The position numbers and the translations under genes were made by a program. The notes below the pieces were generated by a model. That model searched no databases. It was not told where the DNA came from and saw only the letters and a list, made by a program, of their open reading frames with translations. This document shows positions 37,493 through 51,185 of a stretch of 64,000 nt of DNA, one piece after another (position 1 is the first letter of the stretch; each line of letters begins with the position of its first letter). This DNA is from Microbotryum violaceum (taxonomy: Eukaryota). The DNA lies in contig CDLV01000020.1 of assembly GCA_001244265.2 (NCBI GenBank), positions 186,001-250,000 on the forward strand. The letters run 5' to 3'.

Positions 37493-39792
37493 CTAGTTGA
37501 ATTTGCCAGACGTCGCATTGTACGACGAAGGCGAAGGGAAGGTGAAGCCTGAGAGGGGAGGATGGGAAGAAACGGCGGTTGGATCAGCCCACACAACGTC
37601 TTACTTTCGTACGGCTTGCTGCGACTTACCGGTATCGACCTTGGTGAAAGGTGTCTTGACGGCGCCAGCATGGTACGAGTTGATGATGGACTGAACACTG
37701 GCGTAGGTACCCGCACCGAAGAAGTAGATACCCGTGATGAGGATCACAATGTTGACGACGAATTCAATCTTGCGACCCGTCGTCTCGGTGTAGCGGCCGC
37801 GGTAGAGTTGGAACCAGCATAACGCCCAGAGGATGTAACCGAACCACGAGTCGAAGAGCGACGAAATGAGCGCGAGCAAGTCGTTGAAAAAGGGGATTGC
37901 TTGACCGATGATGAAGGCGATGATCCAACCAGCGGTGACGACGGCGAACCATGCCGACCATCCCAGAACGGTGTGCTGCGTGCGATGCCTCGATCCTTCA
38001 CGGAAGATTTGGTAGAAGACGGCCTTGCTCGTGACGAGCGAGTACAGCACGCCGACAATAACGATGGTCGGCAAGGTGAACCCAGCCGCGGCCTTGCCGT
38101 ATTTGGCGATCAAGGAGCCGTATCCAGGGGCAGTCGAGTATTGTCCAGCATAGAAGTAGACCAAAGCACCGGTGAGGGTGAAGAGAATGAACTCGAATAG
38201 CATCGAGACGGCGAGGGCCTTGGGGAAGTCCTCGGGCCTCTCCATATCACCAACAAACGAAGGGATAAGCGCATGTCCGATCCAGGTGTAAACGATGTTG
38301 AGCAACGCGTTCATGCCTTGAATGAAAGAGGTGCCCTTGGGGGCCCAGACGGTGTAGGTGACGTCAGTGCCGAGCGAAGGCCAGTAATTGGGGTGGGGCT
38401 GGACACCATGGCCGGCAATCGTAATAATGACGCAGATGAACATGGTGAACGCCGCGAGGGTGCCGAGATAACTTAAATACAGTATTTCTCGACAGTGAGC
38501 AACAAAGTCGACAACAACGCCGCTGCATGTCAAAAACTGACCTCATGTGCTTGAATTCGCGAATGTAAGAAGGAATCAGCATGATTAGACCCATCATGCA
38601 TGCCCAGAACAGTGTCGTCTCGGTTCCACCACGGACTGGGCGGTTCAGCAAGGCAGACACTCCTGTCAGCTTCAAGGCGGAAATTCGACCGACGAACTGG
38701 TGCACGCACTGGATTGAATCGCGGTCGCACCAGCGTTGACGTGCAAGCCCATGATAGCCCTGTAGTTACAAAAAAAAAAAAAAAAACCTGATTAGCATCG
38801 AAGTCTTGCCAAGGTCGAAGAGCCGACGGGCGCGCACCAGTTGTTCAAGGCCAAACCGACGAAAGCGGCAAACCCTGCAGAAACAGATAAGTCAGCGAAA
38901 TAGTCGCACAAGCATAAACTTTGGCTCGCTCTTTCCCCACTAACAAGCAATCTTGGACCCAGTCAAAACATAAGCGGCATCCTGGAAGAACGCAACAAGT
39001 CAAGGGTCAGCCGATTGCACTTTTGGCCGTCGGCGTAAGCTGAGGCCAGGCGCAAACTTGCGCAAATATCCCGGATCTCGGGATGCTTGAGGCAGTACCG
39101 CCACAAGACGTGCGAGGTGTAGTAAGTGGAGACCTGCGAGAATAAATAAAAAAAGGAGGGGGGGGGGGGGGGGGGGTTCAGTCACCAGGAAGTTGATATC
39201 GATCCTCGTGATGTTTCCCGGTCGATATCGACGTTGTTGGCCGCGACAATATGCATTCGCCACCAGCTAGGGCCGACTGAACTTACGCCGATGATCAGTG
39301 TCGAGAGTACACCACCGGCCATGCCGAGGACAAGATACGACGAAGGGAATGCAAGGATGGCCCTAATAGAATATATGTCCGGATTAGCGAATGGTCATGA
39401 TAGGCATACGTTGTGCGACAGAGTGATTGACGGCAAACTGTAGACGACGAAGCGACCGCCCGGGCAACTCGAGGCGGCCCTCTCGCGACTGGTCCGCGCG
39501 ACTCGACATTTGAGCCGCTGCTGAGCGAGTGGACTCGAAGCGAGCGATTCCCGAAGACGGCTCCCGTTTCCCAAGGCCTATCGTCGGCTCAGTCACAAGC
39601 GATCACCACTCACAAAACGACGTATTCAGTCAGGAGCAATAAGGTCGCCTCGACCCAGGTCAACTTTCTTTCGCGGATGGCCTGGCTTTCGACGACCGAG
39701 GCGCCGTCGTCCGTGATGACCGTGGCTTGCTGTTGCTCGAACTTTTGCTTCCGTTCGAGCTCCTCCTTGGACGATGTAGGTGTCAACGACAT
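37493..39792 (-). CDS. AAAP/Aa_trans family (Mtr-like) neutral amino-acid permease, about 8 exons
   Basis: EYVVL|AILAFPSSY..LGM, HPEIRDIC|D, FVGDMERPEDFPKAL, IPFFNDLLALISSLF; multiple transmembrane segments. Confidence 0.92.
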
Positions 39793-40776
39793 GACTTGAC
39801 TATGTTTCCGCGCGAGAGAAAATGAAGCTGTAAGAGAGGGTGTCGAACGATTCGATTCGGGAGATGGGTGTAAGTACAAGAGCAAGAGACCGGCAGATTC
39901 GTAACCCGATGAGCTCATGCAATCATGCCTCGGAGACAATCTCGATGCCTGATTCGACCAATCGGCCCGCGTGGCTGGCGCTCAACCAGTTGGCTCGCCG
40001 GTACGCGGGTCGCAACATCAACAAGTTGCAACCTTACGCCGGGTCCTTTTTTCTGGTCTACTCAGTGCGCTCGTCTAAAAACACTTACACGAAAGTAAAA
40101 TTGGTTCGGGACGGAGGAACAACGTGGATGGGGAGGAAAGGCAAAGGCTTTGCTACAAAAAGCTGAAGAGTTGTTGGGATCGCCGCGGAGAACAAGAAGG
40201 TCGAGGCCAAGAATTGAAGCCTGGGCGTGAAAGCTAGCACACGCGAGCGAGCTTCGAAAAGGCGTGATTTGGAATTGGCGCAGGAATGCGCCTTGGCCGG
40301 AGTTCATGCGGACGACGGAGCAAACTCGAGCAAACGATTTGCCCAAAATTCTCTCCAGGACTCGTGTAATCTAATCAGAGTCCCTGTCGCCCAAGCAGAG
40401 ACAACCAAAGCCTGGTGCTTGTTCCCATTACCACTTAGCGTGCTCCCTTTGTCTCAGAGTCGGCTCCGTGGCTACGGCACAGCGGCACCTACGCCGGAGG
40501 CCGAGCTGCATACACTGACCCTCGACCTCATGGGGCCGAGTTAAGATGGCGATCCGTTGGAATTACAGCAAAATTTCCGAACGCAGAACAGAAAAGAGCA
40601 CGAAACCGAAAACAAAAACAAAAAATGGGGGAAAATGCAATCCATGGAAAATGTAAATAGGTATTAAGAGGGAGACTGCTAAGGGAGACGAGTGTCCGAT
40701 TGGGGACGGGCCGGACGGTAGGGTATGCTTCGTCCTTCACGGAAAGCAGGTTTATTGGGTATGTATCGTATTCGCT

Positions 40777-43700
40777 TTAGACCTCTCCATTTCCTCTCAA
40801 AGCCTGAGGCAAGACGACGGACGTCTTCTTGGCCGCGGAGACGCTTAAACGGTCCAACACCGCCGAAGCCTTGGCCTTGCTCGTCCTTCGACCCGAAGGG
40901 GCGCACGTACCCGTACCGGGTGCATTTGCAGAGTTGGCCAACGAATACGCATTCGTACTGGCGATAGAGGCGGCCGCACTACCTCGTGCGCTGGCGGCTC
41001 GACTTCCGAGAGAGGATTGGAGATCGACAAGCGAAGGCGCTCGGAGCGATCGTCGTTCGGCCATGGAACCACCGCGGTTGAGACCGACGTTGCTGAGGTT
41101 CGTGACGGAGCGATTGCCGTGACCGTACAGTCCTGAACCGAGTGATCGTCCTATATTGAGCAGGACTGTCAGTAATCGGCTGCTTTACATGAACGAGGAC
41201 GACATGACGCCAGGCTCACCATCGACCAAGATCTCAGGCTGCCAAGGCAGGACCAGTGCGTTCCCCAACCCTTGCCCAGCAGCTTGTTGCAAGTTCAAGC
41301 TCGACGCCAGCCCATCAATGACACCCGCCAGGTCGATCTGCGATGAAGCACGAGAAGCTCTTGCAGCGAACTCTCCCGAGGTCGAAGCGCCCAAACGAGG
41401 CAAAACCGAAGGGCTCAATGCATGCACGGCCTGTGCGGCCAACCGTTGGGTCTCGGTCGCTCCCCAAACTTCTCCGATCGTATGGAATGTTTGGGCGACG
41501 AGTTCTCGGCATGCCTGAGTGCGTTCATCGGTTTGGGGAACAACTTGACCATCGGTGTCGGCCGTGGATCCCCACCGCGCGGCACTCTTTTGGAGAGCGA
41601 TCAACATGGGCACGACGTTGACGACTGCCGTCGCTGATCTGCGCGCAATGAAGGACCGCAGGATCTCGACCAAGGCCGCATAATCAGCAGCCGAAGCGAC
41701 GGAGGAGAGCGAATCGGCCGCAGCGGACGATGTCCTTTGCCTGCGCGATCTCCCCGAACGAACGGAAGCGGCGCCCGAGGTTCTTCTCGAGAGAGCCCGT
41801 CCATAGTTATTGACCGCGGGCCGCAGTATAGGTGAAAGAGCTAACTCCTGAATCGAGGTAAACAAGGCTCGACAGAACTTGGCAAAGCTCGATGTCGAAT
41901 CCGTCGCGACATCCTCCTCGTCTTCGGGGATCGCCAACTCGTTTGCGACGTAGAGCAGGAGCGCTCGCTCGTAGTCCGTTCGAGCGATGGCGTCGTTTTG
42001 TGTAAGGAGGAACAAGGACCCCATAAAGACCTCGGGGGAGATGCGATTCCGTTTCCCGGCTTCGGCAACGCGCATCTTGGGTCGACCGAAGTCGTCCTTT
42101 TGACCGGTTGTCGAGAAGGTTCTGCTCCTCGCGTCATGACCGTTGACACCGTTCGCTATGACAGGTACGGCGATCTTGATCGAGTCACTCGACTTGGCTG
42201 CTTCGAGCAAGACTTGCTTGAGCGCACCGGAGAGCTGTCGCAAGGCACGGAAGCGCTCGCGTTCGTTGAGGCGTGCTGCGACCCCGGCGCCGTCGCGAAC
42301 GGATCGGATTGTCTCAATCAGGTCCGAGACGATGTCATTGACCTGGTCGACATAGTAAACGTGCGACGAAGCCAATGAAGAGATGGTTGCCAGTAATGGC
42401 TTTGTCAGAGGATCCTTGTCACCCCACGGGCACCTCTTGACGACGAGCGACGTCAACTGATTCAACACGCCACCAATTCCAAGCCCAACGAGACTTGTAG
42501 GACCCCGCAAGATTTGCGCAAGCGTGTAAAGCAGCGCTTCGGATTTTGGTGTCGCGTCGGTGTCGTCAATCTCGACGATCATATCCAACCACCACCCCAC
42601 CACGGTCGCTCGATATTGAACGGGGCATGCGGCGATGATCGTTTTGCCCAACCAAGTGACGAGTGTACGTTCCTTCCACAGAGCGCCGCCGCGAGCTCGA
42701 TCGAGATAGTTGCCCATCGCGGTCAGCATCGACGAGAGCTGGGCTCCGTGCGACAGATGAGCGAGCGAGCGGAGGATGTCGAGCGCTTCCTTGCCGACCT
42801 GATCGCTTGAGGGCTCATTGAACGGTTCGATTTCTCGAACTTTCCGATCGGCCAAGGGTCCGACGTTGACGGTCGAAAACGCCGAGTCGGGATCGTCATC
42901 GGCAGAGATGCTGACGAAGGTGAGGTGCGGTGAAACGTTAGTTGGCATCAATCGGAGTCATACAAAGTTGCTTAAAATCAACCTACTGCTTCGTGAATTG
43001 GTCTGAGGGAAGGTCGATGATATTCTGCAGCAAAGCCGGTGCGATCTCTTCGACGAGACTGTCATAGTCGGACGAAGCCGAGTATAGAAGCTCGGACGTG
43101 ACCGTTCCTTTGATGGCCTGCAGTGCGACCAGTCTCGAGCCGCTGTACACCCAAAAGTGCTAAGATTAGTCATATATTCACGACTTTAGTAAGGTTGAAG
43201 CCGCAGTGACTGACCTGGTTTGGTCGCCGGTAAGCTGGGCGAGTGACGAAATGAGCGCCACACAGCGCAGATACAGCTTGCCGGCTTCATCGTTGAGGCT
43301 TTGAAAGGGAGCTGTCGAGTAGATCGATACGGCAATAAACTGGAAGCAAACCGAGAACGAATATGGGTCAAGTCAGTCCGGAATAATGAGGGACGGGGGG
43401 CGTTTGTGGGGCTGGGGAACAGCCACGCGGTAGAACTGACCAATGAGGCTGCCTTTGCCTCGAGCGGCACGTCCCTCTGCTGCATTTTGTTCCTGGTCAA
43501 GCCGAGCTCGACACACCGAAGAGCATGCGCAACGAAGCACGACAGCTCGTCTCGACACTCGACGACGATGGCCCTCATCACGTCCAGCGTCACCGCGAGC
43601 CCACCGCGGGCCTTGCTGTTGACCCCACCGGACTGGGCTGCACGCGCAATCTTCTCGGCCCGTTCGAGGAGTACCGATGTGACCTTGGGGATCTTCTTGG

Positions 43701-43842
43701 GACGCCCCGAGGCGTAGAAGGTGAGCTTGCCGAGCGAGTTGGACACCGCGCCGGGCAGCTCGGTCGTCGTACCCGAGCCGAGGTCGACGGCGTAGCACGC
43801 GTCAATCAGCTTGAGGTGGTTCGACTTGAAGAAGGGCGGCAT
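40777..43842 (-). CDS. EFR3: EFR3 (plasma-membrane anchor of the PI4-kinase complex)
   Basis: NHLKLIDACY..LGKLTFYASGRPKKIPKV; HVYYVDQV; C-terminal APSLVDLQSSL. Confidence 0.85.
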
Positions 43843-45703
43843 CGTGGTGTGCGATCCGGACAAATGAGCGTTGCAGCGAAGGGTGCGAGGTAGATTGGCA
43901 GTCGCGAGTCGTTTTCCGGAAGAGTGCGCCTCCAAGCCTCAGCACGGCAATGACGGCGGCGGCACGACCACTGCAGTGGTGCCAGCGCTACCGGCAACAA
44001 CGGCTCACGGGTTGGAAACGCTTTGAAAAACCTGGGAGGAGTGATTCGACAAGGAACCGGGGATGCGGTGGGGGTCAATCGAGAGGAACGATTCAAAGCC
44101 GAGGTTTAGCTGAGGGCGAAGCCGTGAAACAATCGCGACTGTACGGCAATCTCATACCGGCGGGGCGGCCGAGGGAGCGGCATTCGTGAGTCCGGGTCTC
44201 AAATTTAGTCCAATACATCTCCGATTGAATGAACACATTCGATGGGGATACCCAACCTCCCCTTGCTTCAAGCCGATACGCCCACGCTTCACTCTCGACT
44301 TTCGCAGCTCCCACGGCACCCCAACTCGGTGCGAAACTATGCCAGGTCGCCGATCGAGTCGCCGTAGCTGGCGGCCGTCTGGCCTCCCGGTCGCACCTGC
44401 ATGCGGCTGCATGCGAGTGCAGGTAGGTGCATGCATGTGCAGGATGCAGACCCGAACATACTCATTATATCTCAGTCAAACGTCTTTGCACGACATCGCA
44501 CAGCTATGCACCCTCGTGCACGCTCGGATCGAATCGACTTCCCGCAAGCTCTGCTTCGTTGCGAAACCCCTACCTTCGCCCACTGCCGAGCGCACGTCGA
44601 GCTGCGGCGGACTCGGGGGAGCGGGGCGGGGGTCACAATCCGTCGTCAAGTGTTGCGTGAAGAGTGAGTAGCGGGGCACTAGGCCGTATGATGAAAGCCG
44701 GTATGAGAGTACCTGTGGGAGCCATGGGGGGACCGTGCACGAGACAACGAGGGCTCGGGCTCCAGTCAAGCAAACATCTTCGAAGCAGGCTGAGCTGAAG
44801 TCGGATTCATCCTTGTGTATAGCCCTTCTCAGCACTCGAAAATATCCGAGCTCTTGAGTGAGCTCCGCACCGCGACCCAGCTCCGCGTCGGAATTCGCAG
44901 TAAAGGGGTGAAAGCGAGGGCGCTCCAGCTCGGGCGAAGCTGCTGGAGCAACAACTACGGTATCGCTCGCCACGATTCCAACACTCAAACTACATGCTGA
45001 GGCTTGATCCAGCTTGATCGACATGAGATCCCGTCTTTCCGAGATCCTTGACCGCGATGTAGGGTGCACGCGCTCCTGTACGCGATTTCGCTTCAGATCC
45101 GCACCGAGCTGCGCCGGGCCGCTCAACGCTCGGCAGAGATGGAGAAGATCAGAAGCGGTGGCTTTACTAATCTTACTCGTCCTGTCAGGCGCCCAGTTGG
45201 CCCAACCCCCCGTCAGCGACCACCTCGCACACCTCTCCCCCTCTTTCTTCTTTATCAGCCTGACGCTGCGCTTTGGGCCGAGCGAGCGCAAAAATTCCGA
45301 GGCCTTATTCGGTCACCTGTCATTCAAGACTAGCAAGAATGTCTTTAAACAGACTAGAAACCTCTGATCCGTGAGTGCTTTCTTTACCACTTGCTCCTTG
45401 CTCTTGCTCGATCGTTGCTGATCGGGTGTGGTGGGACGGCCGGGCGGTCTCTGATCCGCTGGTGGTGCTACGAGCCTGGGACTCATGCTGAACTAAGCCC
45501 ACCACTAGATGATCACTCTCACCTCCCACAGCTTCGTGAAGGCTATTCGCTTTCATCCTCAATGATCATACCTTGAACTTGACTTATGCGTCACGGTGAG
45601 TCAGCTTGTCATGCGACGTTGCTGCCCGCACCGGTCGATCGATCGCACAGGGTGAGGGGGGCTTCCGAGTCGACTCGGCCGGACTCGAGAGCTCGCTCGA
45701 TTA

Positions 45704-45815
45704 TCCATCATCATCTCATCAATAACATCAACAACATCAACATTATCAAAATCATCAACATCATCCTCATCAACATCATCATCGTCATTCATTATCGTCA
45801 TCGTCATGCATCATC
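45704..45815. repeat. Imperfect (CAT/CAA/CGT)n trinucleotide tract
   Basis: About 35 imperfect triplets are visible in the EFR3-carbonic anhydrase intergenic region. Confidence 0.85.
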
Positions 45816-46915
45816 GTGCTGACACGCACCCATTTACCACCCCACCAACAGCCGAGCATTAAGCTCAACTAAGCCCAGAGGGGGAGGGGCGTCGAGCTTA
45901 GACGAGCATCGGGTTTCGGCGTGCTGTCTCAAAGAGGAAGGCATGAGGGGTCGATAGTTCCAATGGCCCGCAAGTGTCACAGGTGGCGCGGACCTGGCCA
46001 ACCACTGGGTATTCGGAATTGAGTGTTAAGAACGGACCTGGTATCGTGATTTGTTTAGCGTATTGCGTATTTTTCCTTGTCAATTCTGGCACCTTTTATA
46101 CTTGCTTGCTTGATCGGTGATTGATCAAGAGGTTTCCAACCTCAGCTTCGGCTATTGTCCCTTTGCCGGTGGCATCCATCTATATCCGAGCCTACTGCAT
46201 AAAGGCGAGCGCCCGGTCTTCGCCGGCCGTCGCCTGTCGTCGCGAGTGTCTCTGGGGCTCGGGTGCATACACGATCGCTCTCTCTCTCTGCGACAATCCA
46301 TCGCTACCCATCCCCTTGGTTGGTTCAAAGCTGGCTTCCCGCAGCGTCTCATCCGTCATCAGTCATCGACTCGGTTCGATCGTACGCTCGCCTCGCTCCT
46401 TTGCTCGCCTCGTGTCATCTGTGGTTGGATCGTCCCCCGCATTTCTTCGCAAGCGTTCCGTTGCGGAGCCGCACCACCTGCCCTCGAGCGATAAGCCCCG
46501 TTCCAAAAGCTTCAGTACCGCCGCGGTTGCTGCTGCATCCTCGCGTCCTACCTTAATTACAACGGACATCACTGCCCAACTTGCTCATCGTTCACCTACC
46601 AGCCTAGTCGTGAGTCCACGCAACGATAGGCAATGCTCTGCGACCCGCCTCGTGGCTCGGCCGATCCGCCGTCCCCACCCTCTCCCCCCAAAATATGTCG
46701 TCATTACGGCGGAGGGCGAGCCCCTTAGAAGCCCCTGACAACTAGCTCGGGCGGGGACAGAAGAGAAACGATGTGGAGACGTTTCCGGAGGGGCTTGTGT
46801 CTCGAGTGATGCTGATATCCGCACTCTCATACGACCCCTCGCCGTCGTTGACTGTCTGCAACAGTCTTACTCAACTCGTTCCGTTCCCAATCCCAGTCGA
46901 CCCTTCTCGTCAACC

Positions 46916-48320
46916 ATGTCGGACAATAACGAGTTCCTCAGAGGTATTCTCGATACCAACAAGGTGAAGGAAGACTCACTAAACCGATTTCACCTACGAC
47001 TAGTTCGATGACGCTGACAAGTTCGGCGACTCGGCGGTCTAACAGGCCTACGCTCACAAGTTTGCCCAATCCGACCCGGGTTTGCTCAAGCAGCTCGCAA
47101 AGGGCCAATCCCCCAAGGTTTTGTGGTTGGGTTGCTCCGACAGTCGTGTCAGTGCAGAGTTGTGAGTTGGAGCTTTCATTCCCATTGAATCGTCTTGCCT
47201 CTCGAGTCCAACCATTCACTTGAGCCCGCATTCGCCCGAGAATCTTCGCCCGAGTATCTTCGCCCGGTTGAATCTGATTGGGGGTGCTAGCGGGAAACCT
47301 GATGCCTCTGATTTCTTCCCGGGCTGGATGATCGCCGCATCATTCGCAGGAGCACGGGTGTTTTACCCGGATCCATTTTCGTTCATGTGAGTACATGACT
47401 ACATAAAAAAAGTTCGATGTGTTCTTACACGGCATCCTGATCTCTAGCTTTTACATTCTGCATATCTCTAGCGCAACGTCGCCAATCGCTTCGATGAGAA
47501 TGACCCTTCGGCCATGTCGGCGTTTCTCTTCGCCATCAATGTCCTCAAGATCCAAGCCATTATCGTTTGCGGTCAGTCTCATAGGTAAACTCGAAGCTTA
47601 GAGTCATAAACTAAAAATTGATGAAGTGAAGACTTTTTTGTTTGTTTTTGGGATGCCTATGTCCAAAATAGGCCACACGGGATGCGGTGGTGTCAAGGCC
47701 GCTCTGGCCGGTGCTGTCGCCGATAAAGCGGCAGGCAAGGAGATCGAGCCCAGCAATCGAACAGAAGAGGTTGTTGGAAGATGGATCGCTCCTGTGAGTA
47801 GCCATCACTCCCGATAGCCTTTGCCGATCCCCCTTTCGCTAAAAGACCCTTTTGGTGCCCTCAGATCAAATCGCTCGCGACAGAACACATCCAGGAATCG
47901 CATGTCGCGTCCGCTGAGGACGAGGCCCTCGTCTCCAAATTGACAGACCAACATGTCGCCAACACGGTCAAGGCGATCGCCGAGAGCCAGTTGATGAAGG
48001 ACGTCTGGGCCGAAGGCAGGAAAATCAGCGTTCATGGTTGGGTGTACCATGTCGTAAGCTTGGGCAAGGGCTGTGTTCTTTGGCGCGTAAGATCAAATCA
48101 GACTGACAACGGGGGTGCTCTGTGGTTTTTAGGGAACGGCCAAGTTGAGGGATCTCGATGTCGGGTACAGCGGAAGTGAGTCCAGGGCGAGGTGCTTGGT
48201 CCCTGTCGGGAGGAACTGGATCCTGATACTGTCATACGCGCCACAGTCAACCAGCGTGCACCGTCTCTCTCGGGTCCCAAGAGGACGTACGAGGAGTGCG
48301 AGCAATTCGATCAGGTCTAA
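46916..48320 (+). CDS. NCE103: Beta-class carbonic anhydrase, about 8 short exons
   Basis: GQSPKVLWLGCSDSRV, PGSIFVH|RNVAN, IIVC|GHTGCGG (Zn ligands), VHGWVY, LRDL; stop TAA at 48318-48320. Confidence 0.93.
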
Positions 48321-48930
48321 AGCGAGCAATTCGATCAGGTCTAAAGCGACCAATTTCCCCGGGCCCGCCTCATATTTTCCTGAATTCCTCACACATCTAC
48401 ACATATGATATCCATAACCTAGACTGTCTATTCTGCCATCTCTTCGACTCTCCTCAGTGACCTTAGAGTGAAATCATACCGAGGGCTAATCTGAACTTTC
48501 TTCTGCTTGAGCGCGCTCTAGTGAGTTACGCGAGACCGCGTCGTCAGGAGGCACTTTTCTGGCCAGAGACCATAGGAGTTGCTGTCGAGAGCTGGGTGAT
48601 GCCAGGAGCGGGGTAGGTCGTTGCGCGTGAGAAGGCCCTACGAGGCAAACGCCGTGCGACAACTTGCGTTGGGGCATCAGCCTCGGCCATTACGGCCTTT
48701 TCATGACCTTTTCACGGCGTAGATCCACTGGTCCTTCGGCGCGGCGCATTTAGCGCGGAGTTCCGACAGGGCCAGCGCGGCCCAGGCTGCGGCCCCGCTC
48801 GTAGCCGCTTGTGAGCGCGTGAGGGTGAGCTCTCGCGAGCTTGCCGCGCACGGTCGACTTGGGAAGCGTTTCCGCCTCCCCTCCTTCTTTCCCTACCGCA
48901 GCCCACCTCCTCACGGCCTCAAGAAAGGTG

Positions 48931-51185
48931 ATGCTCCGCCGCGCCTTTTCCTCGACTGCCCGATCCGCGACTCGTCGTAGCATCACCTCCACTCCCTCCA
49001 TCGTCCGTGCCGGCGCGTCGTCGCTGCTTCGCTCGTCGTCGATCACTCCGCTCCAGCAACTCGGTCGTCGTTCGTCTTCCGTTCTCGGTGCGATCAGGAT
49101 GTCGTCCAGTCACCATGGCGAGGATGCCAAGCGTCCTGATCCGGATCAGGTCTTGATTGACATCGCCGACTATGTGCACAACTACAAGGTGCGTTGGTTA
49201 TCTTTTCGTCGGACAGAAGCTGAAGCTGGGCTGTTCCCATCTTGCGCCTCTCGGTCGAGGAAGGGGGGTACTACCCACGGGGGGAACGACCAAAGGGGCG
49301 TGAGGAAGAGGAGGCCAGGTCGAGACGGACTAGGACCGTGTGCACATCCAGAAGTGGAGGTGTGCCTCGGAGGATGGATTCCGCCTGGAAGCGGAGCGGC
49401 GGCTTCGTGGCTGGGCCTGATGGGCCGGTTAGATCGGCTAAAGCGGAGAAAGGCCGTCGGGAATGCCGGCAAAGCGGAGGCCCCAGCGAGCGGTCACAGC
49501 GACACAGCGACCACTACAGCACACCGTGACGTAGCCACGCACCTTAGGCTGAGCCACGGATTCTTTTTCTTTCAATCAGATCGACTCTGACCTCGCGTAC
49601 TACACCGCTCGCTTGTGCTTGATCGACACGATCGGCTGTGGGCTGGAGGGCCTGCGTGTCGACCCCGACTGCGCCGCTTTGATGCCCCCGATTGTCGAGG
49701 TAAGCTTTTTCACTCTCTACATTCATGATTGCAGAGAAAGCTTTGTTCTGACGCTTTCCTGCGCCCTTTCAGGGCACAATCGTCCCCAACGGATCCAAAG
49801 TCCCCGGAACCCCTTACCAGATGGACCCTGTGTAAGCGACAATACTTCTCTATACGGGTTGGGGGGCGACCCTATGTGATCAGCAAAACTGACCATGATG
49901 CATGCATGCACTGTACAGCCGGGCCGCTTTCGCTATCGGCACTCAGATCCGGTGGCTCGATTTCAATGAGTCAGTCCAACCAGGGCTACGTGGACAGAGT
50001 CTTCCTTTCTGACGACTGCACGTCTTGTTCAACAGCTGCTGGCTCGCGGCCGAGTGGGGTCACCCCTCCGACAACCTCGGAGCCATTCTCGCCGTCTCGG
50101 ACTGGATCTCGCGCACCAATGTCGCCAACGGCAAGGCCCCTTTGACCGTCAAGGACGTCTTGGCCGGCATGATTATGGCCCACGAAATCCAGGGATGCTT
50201 TGCGTTGGAGAACTCGTTCAACCGCGTCGGTCTCGACCACGTTGTGCTCGTCAAGCTCGCCTCGGCTGCCGTTGTCTCCAAGTTGCTCGGCCTGTCGCAC
50301 TCGCAAACCGTCGATGTCGTCTCGCAGGCGTTCGTCGATGGCCAGTCACTCCGCACGTTCCGCCATGCGCCCAACGCCGGTTCACGCAAGTCGTGGTCCG
50401 CTGGTGATGCGTGCCAGCGTGCCGTGCACCTCGCTTTGGCCGTCCAGCGCGGCCAGATGGGAATCCCGACCGTCTTGACCGCCAAGACGTGGGGCTTCTA
50501 CGACGTGCTCTTCAAGGGCCAAGAGTTCAAGTTCCAACGCCCTTACGGCTCGTACATCATGGAGAACGTCTTGTTCAAGATCTCGTTCCCGGCCGAGTTC
50601 CACGCTCAAACCGCCGCCGAGGCCGCAATGATCCTGCACTCCAAGCTGAAGGAGATGGGTAAGAGCTCGGACGACATCAAGGAGGTCAAGATCAGGACCC
50701 AAGAGGCCGCGATCCGCATCATCGACAAATCGGGCCCTCTCGCCAACTTTGCCGATCGTGACCACACGATCCAGTACATGGTCGCGGTGCCGTTGATCTT
50801 TGGTCGCTTGACCTCGGAGGACTACACGGACCGTGTCGCCGCTGATCCGAGGATCGACGAGTTGCGCGCGAAGATTTACTGCGTCGAGGAAAAGACCTTT
50901 TCCGAGGAGTACCACGACCCGGAGAAGCGTTACATCGGCAATGCGTTGACGATCACGTTGAAGGACGGTACCGTGTTGGACGAGGTGCACATCGACTACC
51001 CCGTCGGTCACCGTCGTCGAAGGGAAGAGGGCGAGCCGTTGTTGAACGCCAAGTTCAAGCGCCACATCGAGCCCCACTTTGAGGCGAGCCACGTCGACAA
51101 GATCGTCAAGGCGGTCGCGGACCAGGCCAGGTTGGAGAAGATGCCCGTCAACGAGTTTGTCGACATGTTTGTCACCAAGGCTTAA
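48931..51185 (+). CDS. PDH1: 2-methylcitrate dehydratase (PrpD)
   Basis: Presequence MLRRAFSS..; CLIDTIGC; WLAAEWGHPSDNLG; NSFNRVGLDH; RKSWSAGDA; KISFPAEFHAQTA; PVGHRRRR. Confidence 0.96.

Noticed and set aside
35657-39792. Secondary-metabolite cluster (enoyl reductase plus transporter)
   Set aside because: No PKS, NRPS or other backbone enzyme in the window.
44476-45291. 271-aa minus ORF and other ORFs in the EFR3-carbonic anhydrase interval
   Set aside because: No ATG start for the long ORF, no domain and no typical codon bias; probably a long divergent promoter/UTR region.
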